Assembly: GCA_964551725.1 (NCBI GenBank)
Contig: CAZKED010000003.1
Span: 27,002 to 91,001 of the forward strand
Source: an uncultured archaeon
GTDB lineage: Archaea > Iainarchaeota > Iainarchaeia > Iainarchaeales > DTGL01
Length of the DNA: 64,000 nucleotides
Direction of reading: 5' to 3'
Numbering within the stretch: position 1 is the stretch's first letter; each line of letters begins with the position of its first letter. A program made the position numbers and the translations under genes. Positions 38,171 through 47,622 of this stretch are shown piece after piece. The notes under the pieces are model-generated. The model searched no databases. It saw nothing but the letters and a program-made list of their open reading frames with translations, and was not told the origin of the DNA.

Positions 38171-40867
38171 TTGGAGCGAAGGGGTGGTTGCCTGAATCCT
38201 GAAGGACTGTCAAAGCTGTTCGACCCCGAATCCATTGCGGTGATAGGAGCAAGCAACAGGGAGGGAAGCGTCGGCTTTGCCTTAATGAAGAACCTAGTGG
38301 GTTCGGGCTATGAGGGCACAATTTATCCCGTGAACCCCAAAAGGAAGAACGTTCTCGGAATTCACTGCTATGAGAGCATTAATGAAGTGCCGGTGACGCC
38401 GGACCTGGCGGTCATAGCCGTTCCTGCCCTTGTCGTGCCAAAAGTTGTCAGAGAATGCATTGAAAAGGGAACAAAGTCCTTTGTGGTTTTAAGCGCGGGA
38501 TTCGGGGAAATAGGAGAGGACGGGAGGAAAATAGAGAGGGAACTGAAAAAAACAATCGAAAAAGGCAGTGCAACCCTGCTCGGACCGAACTGCCTCGGCT
38601 TCATAAGACCCGGCAAAAACCTCAACGCAAGCTTTGCGACAAGGAACGCGTTGAGCGGGAAAATCGCGCTCATAAGCCAGAGCGGAGCGCTCTGCTCGGG
38701 AATACTCGACTGGGCTCTGAAGCAGAACGTCGGCTTCAAGTACTTCGTGTCAGTGGGCGCAATGCTGGATGTTAACTTTGCGGACTTGATTGACTTTTTC
38801 GCCGAAGACCCTGAAGTACAAAGCATTGTCATATACATGGAGTCAATAAAGGACGCCAGAAAATTCATGTCCGCGGCAAGAGCCTTTTCAAGGAACAGGC
38901 CCATAATCGTGGCAAAGTCGGGAAAGTATTCGGAAAGCGCAAAGGCGGCAATATCCCACACCGGTTCGATGGCGGGAAATTCCGCTGTCTTTGACGCGGC
39001 GTTCAAGCGCGCGGGAATAATCCGCGTTGAAACAATCACAGACCTGTTCAACTGCAGCGAAGCCATTTCGCGCCTGCCGCTGCCGAAGGGAAACAGGCTG
39101 GCGGTTGTGACAAACGCCGGCGGTCCGGGGGTAATGGCAGCGGACGCAATAGTGAAATACGAATGCCGGCTCGCCCGACTCTCAAAAAAAACCATGGAGG
39201 AACTGGAAAAGGAAATGCCAATGCACTGGAGCAGGAATAACCCGGTCGATATCCTGGGGGACTCCCCGCCCGAAAAATATGGAAAAGCGCTTGAAATTGT
39301 CGCAGCAGACGAAAACGTTGACGGAATAATCACGCTTTTCGCACCCCAGGCGGTTTCCGACCCGCTTGAAATGGCTTCCGCTGTAATCAGCACAGCGAAA
39401 AATTCACGGAAACCCGTTCTCGCGAGCTGGATCGGTGAAGATTTTGTCGCGGAAGCAAGGGACTATTTGGGCAAAAACGGGGTCCCGAATTACGACACGC
39501 CTGAAGAGGCGGTGCGCGTGTTCCACTACCTTCACTCCTTTGTTCGCAACCACAAGTTCCTGTACGAAACGCCCAAGGAAATTCCGCTGAAGGTAAAAAA
39601 AGGCGCGAAAAACGCGGTAAGGGAACTCATAAAGGAATACCGCGGCAAAGGCGTAAGGACGATGAGCGAAACCGACTCAAAAAAAGTGCTCGAACAATAC
39701 AGCATTCCCGTGAACCTGACGCTTTTTGCGAAAAACGCCGGGGAAGCAGCAAGGAAAGCCAAAAAAATCGGCTACCCGATTGCAATGAAAATTGTTTCGG
39801 GAAAAATAACCCACAAAAGCGATGTCGGCGGGGTAATACTCAACATTCCCAACGAGGGCGAATTGAAAAAAGCGTTCAGTGAACTTAAAAAAAGGGCAAG
39901 AGAAAAGGCGAACTGCGAAATCGAGGGCGTGAGCGTGCAAAAAATGGTTTCCGCAACCGGACCCGAACTGATAATCGGCTCTGCAACCGATTCCATATTC
40001 GGTCCGGTTATTCTGTTCGGCGGGGGAGGCACTGCGGTGGAACTCTACAGGGACAAAGCGATAGGACTGCCGCCGCTGAACCAGACTCTTTCAGAACAAC
40101 TGGTCGGAAGCACCAAGGTAAGCAGTCTGCTGAAAGGGCACAGGGGAAAGCCCGCCGCTAACCTGCAAGAACTGCAGCGCATTCTGATGCATTTCTCAAA
40201 ACTCGTTGTTGACTTTCCCGAAATACGGGAAGCCGACCTGAATCCCGTGATGCCGTCCGGCAGGAAATTCAGGGTGGTTGACGCAAGGATTGTGCTCGAT
40301 TTTTCTCAAGAAAATGCAAAAAAGCACGGGAATCTCTCAATAGTGCCTTATCCCGAGGAGTTCAGGAAAAAGGCAAAACTTGAAAAAGGTCAAAGGGTTT
40401 TGCTGAGAGCAATAATGCCGGAGGACGAGCGCAGAATGCACGCCTTGTTTCACACATTTTCCCCGAACACCGTGAGGCAGAGGTTTTTTCACATGATTCG
40501 CGACATGGACCACGAAACGCTGGCAAGATACTGCTTCAACGACTACGACAGGGAAATAGCCATCGTGGGGGAAATCGGGAAGGGCAATAAAAGGAAGCTT
40601 GTCGGAGTCGTGAGGCTGATGCGCGACTTTGGAAAGGATTCCGCGGAATTCGCAATAGTGGTAACGGACAAATGGCAGAAATTAGGGCTTGGCACTGAAA
40701 TGCTGAAATTCATACAAAAAATCGCAAAAGACCGCGGCATAAAAAAAATCTGGGGAAGAATCCTTTCAGACAACACTGAAATGATGAAGCTAATGCGCAG
40801 TGAAAAATTCGAATTCAGGGGATTCAGCGAACCCGGCGTTTACCACGTTGAAAAGCAAATACGGTGA
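38171..40867 (+). CDS. ADP-forming acyl-CoA ligase domains fused to C-terminal GNAT (Pat-type lysine acetyltransferase)
   Basis: GPNCLG, SQSGA, SHTG, NPVD, HKSDVGGV, FGPVILFG, then DYDREIA..AEFAIVV..QKLGLG; start uncertain. Confidence 0.9.
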   Translation: MERRGGCLNPEGLSKLFDPESIAVIGASNREGSVGFALMKNLVGSGYEGTIYPVNPKRKNVLGIHCYESINEVPVTPDLAVIAVPALVVPKVVRECIEKGTKSFVVLSAGFGEIGEDGRKIERELKKTIEKGSATLLGPNCLGFIRPGKNLNASFATRNALSGKIALISQSGALCSGILDWALKQNVGFKYFVSVGAMLDVNFADLIDFFAEDPEVQSIVIYMESIKDARKFMSAARAFSRNRPIIVAKSGKYSESAKAAISHTGSMAGNSAVFDAAFKRAGIIRVETITDLFNCSEAISRLPLPKGNRLAVVTNAGGPGVMAADAIVKYECRLARLSKKTMEELEKEMPMHWSRNNPVDILGDSPPEKYGKALEIVAADENVDGIITLFAPQAVSDPLEMASAVISTAKNSRKPVLASWIGEDFVAEARDYLGKNGVPNYDTPEEAVRVFHYLHSFVRNHKFLYETPKEIPLKVKKGAKNAVRELIKEYRGKGVRTMSETDSKKVLEQYSIPVNLTLFAKNAGEAARKAKKIGYPIAMKIVSGKITHKSDVGGVILNIPNEGELKKAFSELKKRAREKANCEIEGVSVQKMVSATGPELIIGSATDSIFGPVILFGGGGTAVELYRDKAIGLPPLNQTLSEQLVGSTKVSSLLKGHRGKPAANLQELQRILMHFSKLVVDFPEIREADLNPVMPSGRKFRVVDARIVLDFSQENAKKHGNLSIVPYPEEFRKKAKLEKGQRVLLRAIMPEDERRMHALFHTFSPNTVRQRFFHMIRDMDHETLARYCFNDYDREIAIVGEIGKGNKRKLVGVVRLMRDFGKDSAEFAIVVTDKWQKLGLGTEMLKFIQKIAKDRGIKKIWGRILSDNTEMMKLMRSEKFEFRGFSEPGVYHVEKQIR

Positions 40868-40931
40868 CCGGAAAGTTGTACTGCAATGCGATTCACGTCT
40901 TATTTTAATTGTTTTTTCCCACAAATCGGTT

Positions 40932-40959
40932 GTTCACCTGTGAACGGCATTTATAAATA
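40932..40959 (+). promoter_or_regulatory. Palindromic operator plus TATA box
   Basis: GTTCAC-CT-GTGAAC at 40932-40945, TTTATAAATA at 40950-40959. Confidence 0.6.
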
Positions 40960-40997
40960 CAGTGTACAGCCACATTTGATTCAGTGAATTTTTTGAG

Positions 40998-41312
40998 GTG
41001 GTTCAATTGGCAAGAAAAAAAGAGAGCGATATCGACAAAAGCATTCCGAGCCCGGAAAAGCTCAGGGAAATACTCCATGTCGTGAGAAAAGAGGTGCCGG
41101 GAATGATTCGCGAAATAGCGGATCTCCTTTACAGCGAAAAGGCGGCAAAGGACATGGGAAAAGCAGTCGGCATATACTACAAAACCCTTATCGAGGCAGG
41201 CATTCCAAAAGAGGCAGCGCTGGAAATGACCAAAGGCTATGTCCTCGACATGGGAAGGATGTTCGACAAGGGACACTGGAATATAAACTCCCGCCAAGGC
41301 AGAGATGACTGA
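40998..41312 (+). CDS. Archaeal hypothetical helical protein
   Basis: GKAVGIYYKTLIEAGIPKEAALEMT pattern; first of a 3-gene operon. Confidence 0.75.
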   Translation: MVQLARKKESDIDKSIPSPEKLREILHVVRKEVPGMIREIADLLYSEKAAKDMGKAVGIYYKTLIEAGIPKEAALEMTKGYVLDMGRMFDKGHWNINSRQGRDD

Positions 41313-41315
41313 AAA

Positions 41316-41528
41316 ATGGAAAAAGGAAAGCTGAGAAAGGCTGCCGGCTACACGGCAATACTTCCCCCCGCAATGGCACTGGGCGGAAGAATGGTCCTGC
41401 TCGGATTAGAGATAAGGCTCAAGAAGCGAAAATCCAAAAAGCATTTCAGACAGGGACTCCTGAAAGCCGGTCTCTCCGAAAGAGACGCGGAGAGGGTTGC
41501 GAGGGGGTGCTTCAGTGGGAAAAACTGA
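41316..41528 (+). CDS. Small basic hypothetical protein
   Basis: FRQGLLKAGLSERDA resembles the helix pair of the upstream gene; tight spacing. Confidence 0.65.
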   Translation: MEKGKLRKAAGYTAILPPAMALGGRMVLLGLEIRLKKRKSKKHFRQGLLKAGLSERDAERVARGCFSGKN

Positions 41529-41934
41529 GGAACTGGAGAAAAAGCTCAGAATTCTGCAGGACAGGCTGGAATCCGTTGAAAAGGCGGTGCCGCTGGTGCA
41601 GGAATTACTGCACTTGAGCGAGTCCCTTAATATCCCCTTGAACCTCTACAGTGGACAGCTGAAACAACTGCTTGTATTGAACGGCTTGAAGAAAAAAATT
41701 CCGGAAGTGGGAAAAGACGAAATCTCCAAGGCAATAATCCAAGCATTGCTCGAAAAACCAGGGCAAAACATCACAAAGCTTTCGCAAAGCGTTGCAGCCA
41801 TACGCGGAAAGGCATCCAGGAGAATTATTTCAGAGCGCCTTGCAAAACTCGAAGCCCTGGGAATAGCCGAATTCTCCGAGGGAAAAAACAACGAAAAACT
41901 GTTCCGCCTGAAAGGCCAGAAGCGCGTGACCTGA
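41515..41934 (+). CDS. Winged-HTH transcription regulator with N-terminal coiled coil
   Basis: NITKLSQSV..KASRRIISERLAKLEALGI. Confidence 0.75.
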   Translation: MGKTEELEKKLRILQDRLESVEKAVPLVQELLHLSESLNIPLNLYSGQLKQLLVLNGLKKKIPEVGKDEISKAIIQALLEKPGQNITKLSQSVAAIRGKASRRIISERLAKLEALGIAEFSEGKNNEKLFRLKGQKRVT

Positions 41935-42089
41935 AACCGCACTGCAATATTCTTTTCCGTTTCAAAAAAACCTGCTCGTTTAAAAAAAAGGATTAATTCC
42001 AAAGAATGCCTGCTTTTTTAAAAAAAGGCTTTTCTGTTTCCGTTCAAAAAAAAGAGTTTTTATTAAGTATGCCGGAAATTGAATTAAGC

Positions 42090-42161
42090 GCCCCTGTAGT
42101 ATAACGGACAGAACGCGGGCTTCCGGAGCCTGAGGTCGGGGTTCGATTCCCTGCAGGGGCA
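42090..42161 (+). tRNA. tRNA-Arg(CCG)
   Basis: Acceptor GCCCCTG/CAGGGGC+A, anticodon loop TTCCGGA, GGTTCGATTCC, A20 present. Confidence 0.93.
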
Positions 42162-42184
42162 TTCTGCCGCGCTTTTGCCTGCGC

Positions 42185-42925
42185 TCAAGCCGCTTCAAAG
42201 AATTCGGAATTGCAGTACTCTATGTCCTGGAGGGTATCCAAGCAATCCTTGAACATCGAGCAGAACTCCTCTGCTGAAATGTCCTCCGGGGGAATCACTT
42301 CCGCAACGCACCACTCGTAGAGCAGGGAATTGCATTCCTCCACGCCGTACGCCGAAACGCAGTCAGAGTAGCCGAACTCAAATGAGGAATCCGGCTGCAC
42401 TTCCCAGAACAGCCCGGTCAAAAAGGTAGCCGAAAATCCGAGAACGAGCAGCACGGGAATGAGGCTGTCGCGCTTTAAGATTATTCTCTCTTTGGGGGGA
42501 TACGCCCTTTCAATCCCCTTAGATTTGCTGAAATAGAAAAACCACCCCAGCGCTACAGCCACGCCGGCAAGGACAGGATAGAAATAAATGCCCGAAAAGG
42601 AAAGCGTTGTAAAACTGAACGCGTTGATGAACGCCGCGAAAAGCGTGAATGCTTTTGCCGCCGGCACAGCATTGGGCTTGGAAAAATAAAGCAACCAGGA
42701 AACATAAAACATGAAACCAATCGAAGCAACGGAAACCGCGGATTCCGCGAGAGGGAATACCAAATTGAACGGCTGCGCGAGCAGGGAGTAAACCTCGAAA
42801 GAAAGCGGTATTCCGAGGGCAATCGCAATAGCGCTCCAGCCTTCCCAGATGAAGAAGACCCAGACCCAGAAAGGAATTTTCCTCCCATCAGTTTTTTTCT
42901 TTTTACCCACTAAAAACCCTTCCAA
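42185..42925 (-). CDS. Membrane protein (DUF2569-like) with Cys-rich acidic C-tail
   Basis: 5 TM, WFFYFSKSKGI motif, six Cys in tail. Confidence 0.65.
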   Translation of the reverse strand: MEGFLVGKKKKTDGRKIPFWVWVFFIWEGWSAIAIALGIPLSFEVYSLLAQPFNLVFPLAESAVSVASIGFMFYVSWLLYFSKPNAVPAAKAFTLFAAFINAFSFTTLSFSGIYFYPVLAGVAVALGWFFYFSKSKGIERAYPPKERIILKRDSLIPVLLVLGFSATFLTGLFWEVQPDSSFEFGYSDCVSAYGVEECNSLLYEWCVAEVIPPEDISAEEFCSMFKDCLDTLQDIEYCNSEFFEAA

Positions 42926-42928
42926 AAA

Positions 42929-43525
42929 TTATTCAAAAAACTCCTTCCTGAGAATTATTTTGTTCGTAAGACCATAGCCGTGCTTTTCAATAACGCCCTT
43001 TGATTCAAGCCTTTTCAGGGCGCGGTGCACCTGCACCTTGCTCATGCCCGTTTCCCTCGCCATTTTTGACTGCGTCAATTCGTAGTCAGAAGCCTTCAGG
43101 GCGTCTATTACCTTTCTCTCGTCAGGCAAGAGCAGGTTGTTCGCTGTCTGCTGCTTAACGCTCTTTATTTCCTTTTCCCTGACCAGGCTCCAGATAGTCA
43201 TTCCCGCAATCAGCGAAATCACGCCGCTGACCAGGAAGGCGAGCGCCAGGGGCGAAGAGAAAAAACCCCAGGGGTCAAAAAAACTCCTCGGCATGCGCAT
43301 TGTTCGGTTAAAATCCGGAAATCTGTTTATGTCCTCGGGAGAAGCCCTGTTCAAGTCAGGATTCCTGCCCCCCACGCCCCACAAGTTTGCCTGTTCAGGC
43401 ATCCACATGGCAGAGTACAAAAGGAAAAGGAACAGCAAAATTGCGAATCCGCCGTACAGGAAGCAGAGGACCATTACCGCTACATGCCTCTTTCTCGCCC
43501 TGAAAAACGTTTCATTTGGTTTCAT
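42929..43525 (-). CDS. Membrane-anchored winged-HTH regulator
   Basis: 2 TM then LTQSKMARETGMSKVQVHRALKRLESKGVIEK..GLTNKI. Confidence 0.88.
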   Translation of the reverse strand: MKPNETFFRARKRHVAVMVLCFLYGGFAILLFLFLLYSAMWMPEQANLWGVGGRNPDLNRASPEDINRFPDFNRTMRMPRSFFDPWGFFSSPLALAFLVSGVISLIAGMTIWSLVREKEIKSVKQQTANNLLLPDERKVIDALKASDYELTQSKMARETGMSKVQVHRALKRLESKGVIEKHGYGLTNKIILRKEFFE

Positions 43526-43607
43526 GTTTCAACCCGTTTCATGAGACCTTAATAACGGTTTCATCTCGTTACAGCCAGAGTTAATAATAGTTGCAAAAGT
43601 ATTTAAA
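43509..43607. promoter_or_regulatory. Three GTTTCA-N4-GTTWCA direct-repeat sites and TATA box in a divergent promoter
   Basis: Hexamers at 43509/43519, 43526/43536, 43558/43568; TTTAAA at 43602. Confidence 0.7.
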
Positions 43608-43647
43608 TCATGCGGTAAGCGCATGTCTGTAAAAAGGAGGTTCAAAA

Positions 43648-44130
43648 ATGAGGAAGAAACTGGCAATATTCGGAATCGCCGCACTGCTATTAATGAGTGT
43701 AACAATTGCGTTTGCAACCGAAACAGGATTTTTCAGGGGAAAAGAACCTGGCTCTTTCCCAGAGACTGGATTCTGCCACAGAATGTCCGGCTTTAAACAT
43801 TTCCCGCCAGGCATGCGGGGGGAAGGACCGTGGACTGAAAGCGGTCCTGCAAGGGAGCAGTCAACGGAAGAAATGAAAGAAAAGATGGATGAGCAAACGG
43901 CAGAAATCCGAGAAGAACTCGGCCTGCCTGAAGACGCCACAAGAGAACAAGTAATGGAAGCAATGCGCGAGGCACAGGTGCAAAAAGTGAAAGAAAAGCT
44001 CGGATTGCCGGAGGATGCATCCGAGGAAGAAGTGCTCGACGCACTGAAGGAATGGGGAGAGGAAAACAAAGAACTGCTGGGAATGCGGCACCTCAGAATG
44101 GGCTGCTGGCACAATTCCCGAGAAGGGTAA
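43648..44130 (+). CDS. Secreted helical protein with duplicated LGLPEDA motif
   Basis: Signal peptide; ELGLPEDATREQV and KLGLPEDASEEEV; SD aggagg. Confidence 0.8.
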   Translation: MRKKLAIFGIAALLLMSVTIAFATETGFFRGKEPGSFPETGFCHRMSGFKHFPPGMRGEGPWTESGPAREQSTEEMKEKMDEQTAEIREELGLPEDATREQVMEAMREAQVQKVKEKLGLPEDASEEEVLDALKEWGEENKELLGMRHLRMGCWHNSREG

Positions 44131-44167
44131 GAAATTTGACACGAACATTCCTTGGAATGACCGTTTG

Positions 44168-44187
44168 GCGGCGGGGAATCCCGCCGC
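44168..44187 (+). terminator. Intercistronic GC hairpin (stabiliser or attenuator)
   Basis: GCGGCGGG-GAAT-CCCGCCGC; smaller hairpin CATTCC-TT-GGAATG at 44146-44159. Confidence 0.5.
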
Positions 44188-44213
44188 TTCCGATGATTGA
44201 AAAAGGAGACCAA

Positions 44214-44922
44214 AATGAAAACCGTGCTTGAACTGAAGAACGTATGGAAAATCTACAAAATGGACGAAGTGGAAGTCACAGCGGCAAGAGAAATAAACAT
44301 GCAAATACACAGAGACGAATTTGTTGCCGTTGTGGGAGCATCCGGCAGCGGAAAATCAACAGTGCTTTCCATAATGGGCGCGCTGGACATGCCCACAAAG
44401 GGAAAGGTTTTTTTGGACGGAACGGAAATCAGCCAATTGCCCGAATCAAGACTCGCGAGGATAAGGGGAAAAAGCATCGGATTCGTTTTCCAGATGTTCA
44501 ACTTGTATCCCACGCTCAACATTTTCGAAAACATTGCCCTGCCGATGAGAATCCACGAATTCAGCGAAAGCGACATAAAAGAAAAGGTGAGGGAACTCGC
44601 GGAACTCGTTGAATTGGAGCACAGGATAAAGCACCTGCCCAGACAGCTTTCCGGCGGGGAAAGGCAACGCGTTGCAATCGCCAGGGCGCTCTCAACGCAG
44701 CCTTCAATGGTTCTGGCGGACGAGCCGACGGGGAACCTCGACTCCAAGACAAGTTACGGGATAATGAAATTGTTTTCCGACTTGCACGAAAAAGAGGGCA
44801 AGACCGTAGTAGTCGTGACGCACGAACCCGACATCGCGCAATATGCTGAAAGAATTATCGAGCTGAAAGACGGAAAAATCTCTTACGACAGAAAAAACCA
44901 CAAAAGGAGGAATGGGAAATGA
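44214..44922 (+). CDS. MacB/LolD-type ABC ATP-binding protein
   Basis: GASGSGKS, LSGGERQR, LADEPTGNLD, VTHE. Confidence 0.95.
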
Positions 44923-46226
44923 ATGGTAAAATTTTTTGCACTTTTTTAGTAATCGGGGCTTTCTTTGCTTTTCTGAGCCCAGTTAATGCGGCGGACCCCG
45001 CCTATCTCATAAAGGTGAAGGAAACAAGCTTTTTGCCAGAAACAATATACAACGGCGACATTGTTAATCTGAGAGTGGACATTGAAAACAGGGGAAGCAC
45101 CAATTTGATAGAGGACTTGAATGCCTGCATTGACATAGGCAACAATTTCGACGCCGTTGAGGTGAACAAATCCGTGGAATCAATAAAGCCGAACTCCAGC
45201 CAGTCGCTCGTGTTCAAGTTCAAGGTAAAGGAGGACACTCTGCCCGGCTACTATTCGCTTGTTCTAACAATGGATTATGTGAGGAGCGAGAACAAGGCGG
45301 TGCAGGAGCAGTCCGAGAGCATCCTTATCGCGGTTTCAAAGAGCGAGAAAAACCTGGACGTCACAATAGAGCCCAGGGTAATAAACCCCGGAAAGCAGAC
45401 AGAAATGATTTTCACACTGAAAAACGTGAGCGGCACCTCGGTTTCAAACATTTCATTTTCCTGGGAGGAATCAAACGATTTGGTTCTCCCGCTTGGCTCG
45501 GACAACAAGAGGTATGTCTCCTTTCTGGGAACCGGAAGCGATACGGAAATTTCCTACATTGTCGCTGCAGACCCCAACATCGAGCCCGGAATCTATTCGC
45601 TGGACATAACAATGACCTTTACCGAGGTAAGCGGAACAAAAACACAGGAATCCGAAGTGGGGCTGATTGTCGGCGGCGGAACAGAGTTTGAGGTAAGCGC
45701 TGAAATGAGCGGTTCAAACCAGATTACAATAAGCATTGCCAATGTCGGCTCAAACAACGCGGGAGCCGTTGTCGTGAGGATACCGGAACAGGAGGGCGTA
45801 AAAGTCAGCGGAAGCAATGTGTCAATTCTCGGAAACCTCAACGAAGGGGATTATACGCTTGCCAACTTCTCGGTTTCAGGCGGGGCAACGGGCGGATTCT
45901 CCGGAACAGCGCAGGGAATGAGGCAGGGCTTCAGAGGCACGCCAGCCGGAACGCCTCCGGTCGCGGAGCAGTCAATAGAAAGCCCGCCAGGGGAATCAGT
46001 AGGATCAAGAAAAGTCACGGTCGAAATAGAATACACCGACACCACTGGCGAAAGACAGGTAATCAAAAAAACCGTGGAAATCGACTTTGACATAACAAGC
46101 ATGCAATCCTCCTTCAGCGAAGCCATGCAGTCGGATTCCTTTGACATAACGGACTACGCGCTTTATATTGCGGCAGGTGTGATAGCGGTAGCCGCAATAG
46201 TGTACTATAAAAAGAGAAAAAAGTGA
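44919..46226 (+). CDS. COG1361 S-layer-domain surface protein
   Basis: Signal peptide, repeated Ig-like modules with PGxY, C-terminal TM plus KKRKK. Confidence 0.82.
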   Translation: MNGKIFCTFLVIGAFFAFLSPVNAADPAYLIKVKETSFLPETIYNGDIVNLRVDIENRGSTNLIEDLNACIDIGNNFDAVEVNKSVESIKPNSSQSLVFKFKVKEDTLPGYYSLVLTMDYVRSENKAVQEQSESILIAVSKSEKNLDVTIEPRVINPGKQTEMIFTLKNVSGTSVSNISFSWEESNDLVLPLGSDNKRYVSFLGTGSDTEISYIVAADPNIEPGIYSLDITMTFTEVSGTKTQESEVGLIVGGGTEFEVSAEMSGSNQITISIANVGSNNAGAVVVRIPEQEGVKVSGSNVSILGNLNEGDYTLANFSVSGGATGGFSGTAQGMRQGFRGTPAGTPPVAEQSIESPPGESVGSRKVTVEIEYTDTTGERQVIKKTVEIDFDITSMQSSFSEAMQSDSFDITDYALYIAAGVIAVAAIVYYKKRKK

Positions 46227-46232
46227 GACCGG

Positions 46233-47537
46233 ATGAGAATCTCTGACTCCTTCAAGTTGTCAATAAACAGCATTACGCACAGGCGCATGAGGTCCTGGCT
46301 GACACTCCTGGGCATTGTCATCGGTGTAGCGGCAGTAGTGGCAATTGTTTCCATAGGCGAGGGCGCGCAGGCAAGCATCAGCGAGGAACTGTCAGGTTTC
46401 GGCGCGGACATAATAACTGTCAGCCCAGGTTACTCCAGGGCAATGGTCTTCGGCGGAGGATTCCGCGGCGGAGGACCGCCGGGCATGCAAAGCCAAGGAA
46501 CCAGTTCCGAGGAAGAAAACCCGACGCTGACACAAAAAGATTCAACAGTAATAAAGCAGAACCAGAACGTGCTCGAAGTTCTCGAGACAACGAGCGCAAG
46601 GGGCAACTTCATTTTTCTCGCTGAAGAACTGGACAATGTGACAATAACCGGGGTAAACCCCAACGCCTGGGAGAAAGTTGAGGCACCGGAACTCGCGGCA
46701 GGAAGGCTGCTTTCCCCAAGCGATTCCGCTGCAGTTGTGATAAGCGGTGAACTCGCGGAGGATGTCTTCAAGCAGCCGATTACGCTCGGGAGGAGGGTTA
46801 CAATCGAGGACCAGCAGTTCACCGTAGTCGGAATCCTTGAGGCAGCCGGCAGCAGCGGCATGGGTCGCATGGGAGGCGGAAACAACAGGGTTTACATGAC
46901 AAACGAAGCGGTCTGGAGGATAACCGATGAAGAAACGCTTGAGGACAATACTTTTTCCTCACTGAGCGTGAAGGTCAAGGATGTTGAATTAATCGAGGAA
47001 ACGATGGAGGAATTGTCTAAATCCCTCATGATTTTCAGGAAAGTGAGTGAGAGCACGAAAGATTTCTCAATCAGCTCCTCTCTGGAAATGAAGGAGCAGA
47101 TAAGCAGCACAATGGAGTCCCTCACACTGTTCTTGGGGGCGATAGCAGCAGTGTCTTTGCTGGTTGGCGCAATCGGGGTTGCAAACAGCATGTTCACATC
47201 CGTTCTGGAGAAAACAAAACTTATAGGCATTCTGAAAGCCCTCGGTTCAACAAACCGGGAGATACTCACGATTTTCATAATAGAATCAGGGCTTTTCGGG
47301 CTTGTTGGCGGAATGCTCGGCGTGTTTCTCGGAAGCCTGATATCGGGCGCAATGTCGGGGATGACAGGAATATCCCTCCCAATGGTTGGGGGCAGGGGAG
47401 GCATGATGACGCTTGTCACGCCCGAACTCATACTTGTTGCCATAGGGCTTTCAACGGTCATCGGAATTCTCTCGGGAATAATGCCTGCACGTGCTGCAGC
47501 AGGACTCAAGCCAGTGGAAGCGCTAAGGTACGAATAG
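46233..47537 (+). CDS. MacB/FtsX-family ABC permease
   Basis: RSWLTLLGIVIGV, SVLEKTKLIGILKALG, PVEALRYE. Confidence 0.95.
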   Translation: MRISDSFKLSINSITHRRMRSWLTLLGIVIGVAAVVAIVSIGEGAQASISEELSGFGADIITVSPGYSRAMVFGGGFRGGGPPGMQSQGTSSEEENPTLTQKDSTVIKQNQNVLEVLETTSARGNFIFLAEELDNVTITGVNPNAWEKVEAPELAAGRLLSPSDSAAVVISGELAEDVFKQPITLGRRVTIEDQQFTVVGILEAAGSSGMGRMGGGNNRVYMTNEAVWRITDEETLEDNTFSSLSVKVKDVELIEETMEELSKSLMIFRKVSESTKDFSISSSLEMKEQISSTMESLTLFLGAIAAVSLLVGAIGVANSMFTSVLEKTKLIGILKALGSTNREILTIFIIESGLFGLVGGMLGVFLGSLISGAMSGMTGISLPMVGGRGGMMTLVTPELILVAIGLSTVIGILSGIMPARAAAGLKPVEALRYE

Positions 47538-47622
47538 CGGCATTCCACGCCAAAAAAAAGCGATAAATATTTTAACTCTTTTAGCAGCATTATTACAGAA
47601 CTGATTGCTTTTCGGGAAAAAA

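Noticed and set aside
38368-39393. 341-aa minus ORF
   Set aside because: Shadow of the ACD-GNAT gene
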